60,433 bases of DNA from Chiloscyllium plagiosum (lineage: Eukaryota). A model generated the notes under the pieces. The model had not been told where the DNA came from. It searched no databases and was given only the letters and a program-made list of their open reading frames with translations. The stretch is from contig NC_057758.1 in NCBI RefSeq assembly GCF_004010195.1, positions 8,902,014 through 8,962,446 of the forward strand. Reading direction: 5' to 3'. How positions within the stretch are numbered: the first letter of the stretch is position 1; each line of letters begins with the position of its first letter. A program made the position numbers and the translations under genes. Below are positions 52,473 through 60,433 of this stretch, piece by piece.

Positions 52473-52680
52473 TCGACTCACAATTGTAGCCCCCGCCCCC
52501 TTCTCTTTACTGCTTATTACCTGCCTCAACATCTGTAACAATATGCTGTTCCTGTGCGACACTCATTAACATTGCATCAATTTAATTTCAAAACCACACA
52601 GCCACTGTAGTCTTCTGTGCCTTTCTTCTACCGGCTGAAGTTCCCCCTGGGCTGTCGTCTTTACTTTTATTGCGAGTATC

Positions 52681-54292
52681 GTTTTCGCACAAGAAAAGGG
52701 CAATGACGTCAAGGAGAATACTCTGATACAGGTTACTGGAATAGATGGGACTGAGGTGCATAAGGAGAAAATCTTAGAGATTCTGGAAAGTCTAAAAATA
52801 GATAAGTCCCTGGGCATGACTTGATTGATCATTGTATTCTCTGGGAAGCCAGGGAGGAGATTGCCAAGCCATTGGCTTTGAGCTTTACGTCGTTATTGTC
52901 TACAGGAATAGTGCCAGAAGACTGGAGGATAGCAATTCTTTCCCCTGTTCATGAAGGAGAATAGAGACAACCCTGTAAATTATAGACCGGTTACCCTTAC
53001 TTAGGTTGTGGGTTAAGTGTTGGAAAGGGTTATAAGATGTAGAATTTATAATCATCAAAAGAGGAATAAATTGATTAGGGATAGTCAACACGGTTTTGTG
53101 AAGGGTCGGTCTTGCCTCCCAAACTTTATTGAATTATTTGTGAAGGACACTAAACATGTGCATGAGGGTAATACCGTTGATGTTGTGTATATGGATATCA
53201 CTAAGGCGTCTGATAAGGTTCTTCAGGGTAGGCTATTGCACAAAATACGGAGACATGGGATTGAGGGTTATTTAGCAGTTTGGAGCAGAAATTGGCTAGC
53301 TGAAAGAAGGCAGGGAGTGGTGAATTGATGGGAAATATTAATCCTGGAGTTCAGTTAATATTGCGGTACCACAGAGATTAGCTTGGGGGGTCCCAATGTT
53401 TGTCATTTTAGTAAGTGTCTTGGATGAGAGCATAGGTGGGTGGGTTAGTTAATTTGCAGATGACGCTAAAGTCAGAAGAGTTGTGGGTAGTGATGAAGGA
53501 TATTGTAGGTTACAGAGAGACACACATAAGCTGCAGAGCTGCCTAAGATTTGGCAAATAGAGTTTAATGCCGAAAATGTGAGGTGATTCACTTTGGAAAG
53601 AGTAACAGGAATGCAGAGTACTGAGTTAATGGTAAGATTCTTGGTAGTGCAGATGCGCAGAGAGATCTCGGTATCCAGTTATATAACTCCTTGAAAATTG
53701 CCAACTAGGTTGTTAAGAAGGCATAGGCTGTGTTAGCTTTTATTGGTAGAGGGATTGGGTTTCGGAACGATGAGATCATGCTACAGCTGTGCAAAACTCT
53801 GCTGCGGCCACATTTGCAGTATTGTGGACAGTTCTGATCACCGAATTATACGAAGTGCAGCGTTGGAAAGTGTGGAGATGCGATGTTCTAGAATGTTGCC
53901 TGGTTTGGAAGGAAGACCTTACGAGTAAAGGCTGAGGGATGTGAGGCTGTTTTCGTTTGAGAGAAGAAGGTTGAGAGGCGACTTGCGACATTTAAGGTAA
54001 TCAGAGGGTTACTTTGGCCAGCACAAGAGGACATCGCTAAAAATTCAGGAGTGGTCGATATAGGACAAATCTCAGAGGTAGTTTCTTTGCAGAGAGAAGT
54101 AGGGGCATGCAATGCGCTGTCTGCAACAGTAGTACACCCGCCAACTTCAAGCACATTTAAATGATTATTGGATAGCATACGGAGGAGAATGGAATAGTGT
54201 AGGTTAGATGTGCTTAAGGTTAGTTCAAAAAGTCCGTGCAGCATCGAGGGCCAAAGGGCCTGCACTGCGCTGTAATGCTCTATGATCTATAT
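52681..54292 (+). mobile_element. 5'-truncated CR1 LINE inside LTR
   Basis: VPEDWRIA, DSQHGFVKGRSCL, VDVVYMD..DKV, FADDAK, and a 3' UTR ending in tctatg repeats. Confidence 0.92.
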
Positions 54293-55429
54293 GTTTCATA
54301 TGAAAATGTAACTTTGATAGAGAGTGTTTCTTAACTTTTTGGAGATAAAGATGGTAGATCTCCTGGCACTTGTGTTCGCTGGAAGTTGTTCTCTCTGATC
54401 AATTTTCAAAAGTTCCACATTATATACCCCTCCCAGCCCCCTTCCCCAACATTTGATTGTCTTATTGATTCAATATTGGTTAAAAAATATAATAAATCTC
54501 GACTGGATTTTAGTATCCTGGATCATACTTTAAAAGTATTGATTAAAATTTAATTATCGTAAAAACAGCAAGCAAAATTCAGGTTTGTATATTACAGCCA
54601 AATGTTATATATTTTCATGTTTCTGGTACACTCTGGGACGGTCATCTCGTCATAACGCAGGTGCTTGAAGTCTCTCAGCTCAGAACAGCAACCACTCTGT
54701 CTTAAATGTACAGTACATGCCTCCAAATTCATAACACCTCACCAGATAAGAAAAACAGAAACTATCGGAATAAAAAGATGCTTCATTATTTTTTTCTGAA
54801 TTTTCTACCATTACTATGAAACGCATCCGTCATTAATTTAAATTATACGTTTCATGTCAATTTCACCACACGTTTATGTGATTGACATCTGTCCATTCGT
54901 ATCTACACTTTCATAACTTCTGCGATAAAGCATCTGATTAACACTTTTATGATCCGCAACACGTCAATTGATAACCTAAAATGATGTAATGTACGACGCC
55001 AATGAAATCGTCTCATATGTTTGTCTTTTAATCTTTCCACGAATGGAAGAGCATGGTTGTCCATATAGACAATTGCTTCTAAATTGTTAGAAGCAAGTAC
55101 CAATCGTAATAATTTTTCTTCAGTTGAAGAGTATTTTCTCGGGTTGTCTTGAGTTTCTTTGAAAAGTAGCCAATTGGTCATTCAATTCCATTTTCATCTT
55201 CCTGTAGCAATCCAGATCCAGCCCCAACAAAGCTAGCATCGATTGCAACTTTGAAGGGTTTCGAAAACGATAATGTAGCTAAATCTGGTACAGAGGGTAA
55301 TACTGCTATTAAATTGGCAAATACTTCCTGGCATAGCTCTGTCCACCGATATTCTATCTTCTTCTTTAGTATATTAATTAGCTGAACTACCACCCTACTG
55401 ATGTTTTCTACAAAACACCGGTAGAATAC

Positions 55430-56619
55430 GCTTCGTCCTTAAACAAGGAGGCAACATTAGCAATTCTCCAGACCTTGAGGACCTCACCCGTGTCCAACGA
55501 TGCTACAAAGATATCATGTAAAGCCCCAGCTCTTTCTTCTTTCTCTTCCCTCAGTAACGTCGAGTAGATCGCATCGGGACCTGGAGACCTGTCTACCTGA
55601 ATGCATTTGGAAAAAAAAACTTCCTCCCTCCTTATGCTGATTTGACTAAGAGTACTCAGAGATCTATCCCTTACATTAACATCCGTTGTGTCCCTCTCCT
55701 TGGTGTATACTGTTGCATAATGCTCGTTAAGAATTTCACTTTTTTTCTGACTCCATTCATAACTTTGCTTCTTTGCCCTTGAATGGACCAACCCTTTCTC
55801 TAGTTACCCCCTCGCTCCTTATTTATGACAAAGAAGGCTTTGGGTTTTCCCTAACCTGGTTTACTAGTGATATCTCTTAACCCCTTTTAGCACTTTTGAT
55901 TCATCGTTTCAGATTGATCCTACATTCCCGATGTCCTTCCAATGCTTTGCCTGTCTTCAGTCGCCGTGCCCTTGTGTAGGCATCTCTTTTTCTCTTAGGT
56001 CGTCCTAGAATTTCACCTGTCATCCATGGTTCCCTGACTTTGCCATTCGATCCCTCATTTTCACAGGAACATGCCTCTCCTGAACTCTCATCAACCTCCC
56101 CTTAAATGCCTCCCAGATACAACATTCAAACATTTCCTTTCCTTTCAAACAGCTAGTTCGAATCTACATTCTGCATCTCCTGCAAAAGTTTGGTCTACTT
56201 TGGCTTCCCCAAATTCAGCACTCTTCCTTTCAGACTACTCTTATCTTTGTCCATGACTATTCTACAACTTATGGAATTGTGATCACTATTCCCTAAGTAA
56301 TCCTCGATTGAAATACCAACTAACTGGCCGGACTCATTTTCCAACTCCAAGCACAGGATGGTCCCTTCCTGAGTTGGTCTATTTACATACTGCTGTAGAA
56401 AAGCCTCCAGCACTTTTTACAAATTCTGCTCTTTCCACACCTCGAACACTAAGTGAATCCCATTAAAAGTTGAAAACATTAAAGTCTCCTCTGTCCAGCA
56501 ATCTATTGCTCCTATATCTTTCCACAGTCTATTTACATATTTGTATTACTCTCTCATGTTCGCTGTTGGGAGGCCTATAGTACAGACCCTATTTCTGAGC
56601 TCGGCCATATTGGCTCACT
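55430..56619 (-). mobile_element. CR1 LINE endonuclease/inter-domain fragment
   Basis: FLQQYVNRPT..LGNSDHNSI and SPGPDAIY..WRIANV. Confidence 0.9.
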
Positions 56620-57464
56620 NNNNNNNNNNNNNNNNNNNNNNNNNNNNNNNNNNNNNNNNNNNNNNNNNNNNNNNNNNNNNNNNNNNNNNNNNNNNNNNNN
56701 NNNNNNNNNNNNNNNNNNNNNNNNNNNNNNNNNNNNNNNNNNNNNNNNNNNNNNNNNNNNNNNNNNNNNNNNNNNNNNNNNNNNNNNNNNNNNNNNNNNN
56801 NNNNNNNNNNNNNNNNNNNNNNNNNNNNNNNNNNNNNNNNNNNNNNNNNNNNNNNNNNNNNNNNNNNNNNNNNNNNNNNNNNNNNNNNNNNNNNNNNNNN
56901 NNNNNNNNNNNNNNNNNNNNNNNNNNNNNNNNNNNNNNNNNNNNNNNNNNNNNNNNNNNNNNNNNNNNNNNNNNNNNNNNNNNNNNNNNNNNNNNNNNNN
57001 NNNNNNNNNNNNNNNNNNNNNNNNNNNNNNNNNNNNNNNNNNNNNNNNNNNNNNNNNNNNNNNNNNNNNNNNNNNNNNNNNNNNNNNNNNNNNNNNNNNN
57101 NNNNNNNNNNNNNNNNNNNGGTACTGGGGAACCATACTTTCACATCGTGTCTCATGTGAAACCAGAAACATAACTGAGAGAAAATGATACGATAACAAAT
57201 TTCCTCAAAAACGAGTTGAACAAGCAGCTGTGGGATAAACTTCAGGAGAAAAAGAAGGAAGTGGGAAGGTGAGCTCAGCTGTGTGCAGGCTGAATAGTCA
57301 CTTGCTGGGCCATGACTATCTTAATGGGTTTATCTTGGGGTTCTGATTTGTTTATCTTGATTCGTTAGGTCCAGGACCAGAACAGTATAAAATACAGATC
57401 TTGAGTTCATGTTGTAGTGTCGCAGTATCCAAGTGTGAGTACATTTTTAAGCTGATCAGGAGAA

Positions 57465-57645
57465 AGTGAGGTCTACAGATGCTGGTGATTGGAGTCGAGA
57501 GTGTGGTGCTGGAAAAACACAGCATCACAGAGGAGCAGGAAGATCGACGTTTCGGGCAAAAGCCCTTCATCAGGAATCTGATGATGGGCTTTTGTCCGAA
57601 CTGTCGATTTTCCTGCTCCTGGTATACTGCCTGACCTGTTGTGCA
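57465..57645. mobile_element. Palindromic Penelope-terminus-derived element
   Basis: Inverted halves centred at cttcatcaggaatctgatga (~57575). Confidence 0.8.
57546..57573 (-). ncRNA. Minimal hammerhead-ribozyme-like motif
   Basis: Minus strand reads CTGATGA-A-GGGC TTTT GCCC-GAAAC-GTC: intact core boxes, perfect 4-bp stem II and palindromic ACGT in place of helix III. Confidence 0.6.
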
Positions 57646-58218
57646 TTATTACTGTTACCAATACTTCATTTTTATCTCTCAACTTTAAACTGATCAAACC
57701 TGGCTATTTTGAGTGTTTCAGACTCTAACTAAAACTCAACACCTGTGTTTATCATGAACGGGGATGTCACGCACGTTGTAATCTGTTTACTCAAAATTTA
57801 CCAAATTTAAAAAAAACACTTCAGTGTCCCGATGGATGCCCCTGAAACTATAAAATGAATGCATTGGGATGGAATATTTCAGAGTTGAACTTGGAAAATT
57901 GTCTGCAGTACAAACCAACACAGCACTTTCACAGAGACCGTACGAGCTGTCAGGAAAATGTTTATGCAATCCTTACTATAATTGGTATTCCTGGTAAGTG
58001 TTTATAAGTCTTGAAATAGTTTAATTCTCTCTATGCATTGGCTTTAGATATGCACAGTGACTTCATATAGTATTTGCTGGATATTCTAATCCCGACACCA
58101 TGGCATTATTACTGTTACCAATACTTCATTTTTATCTATACAATACTACATTTTTTGCTGAAAATCCCAGTCTTGCTTCATTGTTTCTCGCTCACAGAGA
58201 TGTGTGTCTGCGAATTTA

Positions 58219-58243
58219 TGTGTGTGTGTGTGTGTGTGTGTGT
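58219..58243. repeat. (TG)n microsatellite
   Basis: tgtgtgtgtgtgtgtgtgtgtgtgt. Confidence 0.95.
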
Positions 58244-58911
58244 CTGCATGGTCTGTCCTGTGAAGCCAGAGTCAGGAAGGGGAACATTCCCTGATAATAG
58301 TTATTGTTGGAGATTATCAATGTCAGCTTCCACTGTGTGCGATGAAATTGGACAACCATTACAGTAGTCGCCTGTTGTTACTGAGAGGAATCACAGGTTA
58401 AATTGCTCTTGTGTGGGTGATTCCATTTGGTTTCACACGTCATTACTTTTAATCTAATTAGATGCAATGATTTATTGGCAGGACTTTCTCATCTTGATTA
58501 ATCTTCTTTCTGGTGCACAATTTTAAGTAGATAGTGTTGTTAAGAAAGCATATGGTGCTTTGGCTTTCATCAACAGGGGAATCGAGTTTAAGAGCTGCAG
58601 CTCTACAAGTCCCCGGTGAGACCACATTTGGAGTTTTGCGTCCAGTTTTGGTCGGCCTACCATAGGAAAGATACAGAGGCTTTGGAGAGTGTGCAAAGAA
58701 GGTTTCCAGGATGCCGCCTGGACTGGAGTGCTTGCCTTATGCAGAAAGTTTGATTAGGCTCGGACTTTCCTNNNNNNNNNNNNNNNNAATTGCTCTTGTG
58801 TGGGTGATTCCATTTGGTTTCACACGTCATTACTTTTAATCTAATTAGATGCAATGATTTATTGGCAGGACTTTCTCATCTTGATTAATCTTCTTTCTGG
58901 TGCACAATTTT

Positions 58912-59415
58912 AAGTAGATAGTGTTGTTAAGAAAGCATATGGTGCTTTGGCTTTCATCAACAGGGGAATCGAGTTTAAGAGCTGCAGCTCTACAAGTCCC
59001 CGGTGAGACCACATTTGGAGTTTTGCGTCCAGTTTTGGTCGGCTTACCATAGGAAAGATACAGAGGCTTTGGAGAGTGTGCAAAGAAGGTTTCCCAGGAT
59101 GCCGCCTGGACTGGAGGGCTTGCCTTATGCAGAAAGTTTGAATAGGCTCGGACTTTCCTCTCGGGAGAGAAGGAGGACGAGAGGAGACCTGATAGAGGTG
59201 TACTAAATAATGAGAGCAATAGATCGAGTCAATAGCCAGTCTTTTCCCCGGGAGAGGGTTGACTGTTACGAGGAGTCATAATTTGAAGATATTAGGAGGA
59301 AGCTATAAAGTAGTTGTCAGAAGTAGGTTCTTTACACAGACAGTTGTGAATAAATGGAAAGCGTTGCCAGCTGTGGTGGTGGAAGCAGAGTCATTGGAAA
59401 CATTTAAGCACATCT
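58912..59415 (+). mobile_element. CR1 3' fragment in the GPR139-like intron, followed by SINE pieces (~59418-59540 -, ~59660-59870 +)
   Basis: [31 protein letters not shown]. The SINE segments resemble 32307. Confidence 0.85.
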
Positions 59416-60433
59416 TTGGTGTGTAGGAGGAAAGCGGAGCACCCGGAGAAAACCCAGAGAAACATGGCGAGAATGTGCAAACTCCACACAGAGAGTTGTC
59501 TCAGGTTGGAATCAAACCCGGGTCTCTGGTGCTGTGCTAACCCCAGAGAACAGATTTGAATGAGGAAGTTGGAAAAGAAAAACGTTCTGCAAGGTAGGAA
59601 CTGCTCAGATAATTGGTTCATTGTCTGTGCTCAGGATTTTCTGTTGTGAACAGACCTGACACTGTGAGGCAGCAATGCTAACCAATGAGCCTTAGTGTCC
59701 AGGGATGTGCACGCTCGGTAAATGCGCCATGGGAAATGTGATATTATCGGATAGACATGGAAAATTCTCGTGGGTTACAGGGATTGTGGCTCTGGATGGT
59801 GTGTTCTTCTGAGGGTCTGTTCAACCTCGATGAGCCAAGCAGCTCCCGTAGTTATTCGATGATTCTTTGGACGTAAAAATATTCAGACCTTCATATCAGA
59901 GGATTTGTTGAAATCCCGAGTTCCACGCATGAAAGAAAACTAATGTATCTACAATTACCTGTCTTGGCTTAGTTATGGTTTGAACTGTGAAAAGGGCCGA
60001 TTTCCATGTTTTTAAACAAATCTCAGCGCTTACTATCTCCACGCGAAAATAAAAAAAATTGAGACCCTTCTGTCTATTTCAGCTTACAGCAAATCTCGTT
60101 GCAATTGTCATCCTATCCCAGCGAAAGTGTGGAATCTCCAGCTGCACCACTCATTACATGGAGACCATAGCAATGGCGGATCTTCTGATGATTATCACTG
60201 AGGTCATGCTAATTCGAATCAATTGATATTATATCCCGATGCCTCTCCTGAAACTCACTGCTGTGTGTAAAATTAACTACCTCCTGGCTTGATTAGCAAT
60301 GGACTGTTCAGTCTGGTTCACTGTCGCCTTTACTTTTGATCGATTTATTGCAATTTCTTGCGAGAGGCTTAAATTTAAATATTGCACTAGAAAAACTGCA
60401 ACAGGAGTTCTTGCAACAATCTGTATATTTTTT

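Larger units (their letters stand above)
51992..55410 (-). mobile_element. Gypsy (Gmr1-like) remnant: RNase H end of pol, PPT, 3' LTR (~51992-54736) interrupted by SINE and CR1
   Basis: WTELCQEVF..FSKPFKVAIDASFVGAG..LLQEDE..KYSSTEEK. PPT-like ggtgagg then TGTTATGAA at 54736. The LTR 3' end resembles 35245-35333. Confidence 0.8.
57925..60433 (+). pseudogene. GPR139-like GPCR pseudogene: exon 1 (~57925-57993), intron 57994-60089, exon 2 (60090 to window end)
   Basis: Exon 1 reads ETVRAVRKMF/YAILTIIGIP G|gtaagt (1-nt frameshift). Acceptor cttacag. Exon 2 reads ANLVAIVILSQRKCGISSCTTHYM..MADLL..N*YY..LA*LAMDCSVWFTVAFTFDRFIAISCERLKFKYCTRKTA, with in-frame TGA at 60224 and 60290. Confidence 0.92.

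Noticed and set aside
58401..59159. ~370-bp tandem duplication (58401-58771 and 58788-59159)
   Set aside because: The copies are near-identical, separated by a 16-N gap, and differ mainly toward the contig end; most likely unmerged contig overlap.
60224..60292. Selenocysteine or readthrough recoding of the two TGA codons
   Set aside because: The positions are not evidently cysteine sites, no SECIS can be assessed within the window, and exon 1 is also frameshifted.

Overview
Eukaryotic, repeat-dense, largely non-coding DNA, most likely from a cartilaginous fish (shark). That assignment is inferred from HE1/V-SINE-like SINEs, CR1 LINEs, Penelope elements, MER6-like hairpins, Gmr1-type Gypsy remnants and GPR139-like GPCR copies. 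I found no intact protein-coding gene. The first ~25 kb is one large diverged inverted duplication: arms 1-11640 and ~13593-24906 around a ~2-kb spacer that includes a 500-N gap. The outer end of each arm carries a decayed, spliced sequence whose motifs fall in the order and spacing of the STING (TMEM173) cyclic-dinucleotide-binding domain. It is preceded by a TIR-like C-terminal segment rather than transmembrane helices, so it is a candidate TIR-STING-like pseudogene and the most interesting signal here. The rest holds two GPR139-like pseudogenes, a decayed multi-exon Ig-superfamily receptor locus on the minus strand (~39.4-45.3 kb), degenerate minisatellites, nested transposons and minimal hammerhead-ribozyme motifs. 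All homology calls come from manual translation and recalled family motifs. No searches were run, and transposon boundaries are approximate.
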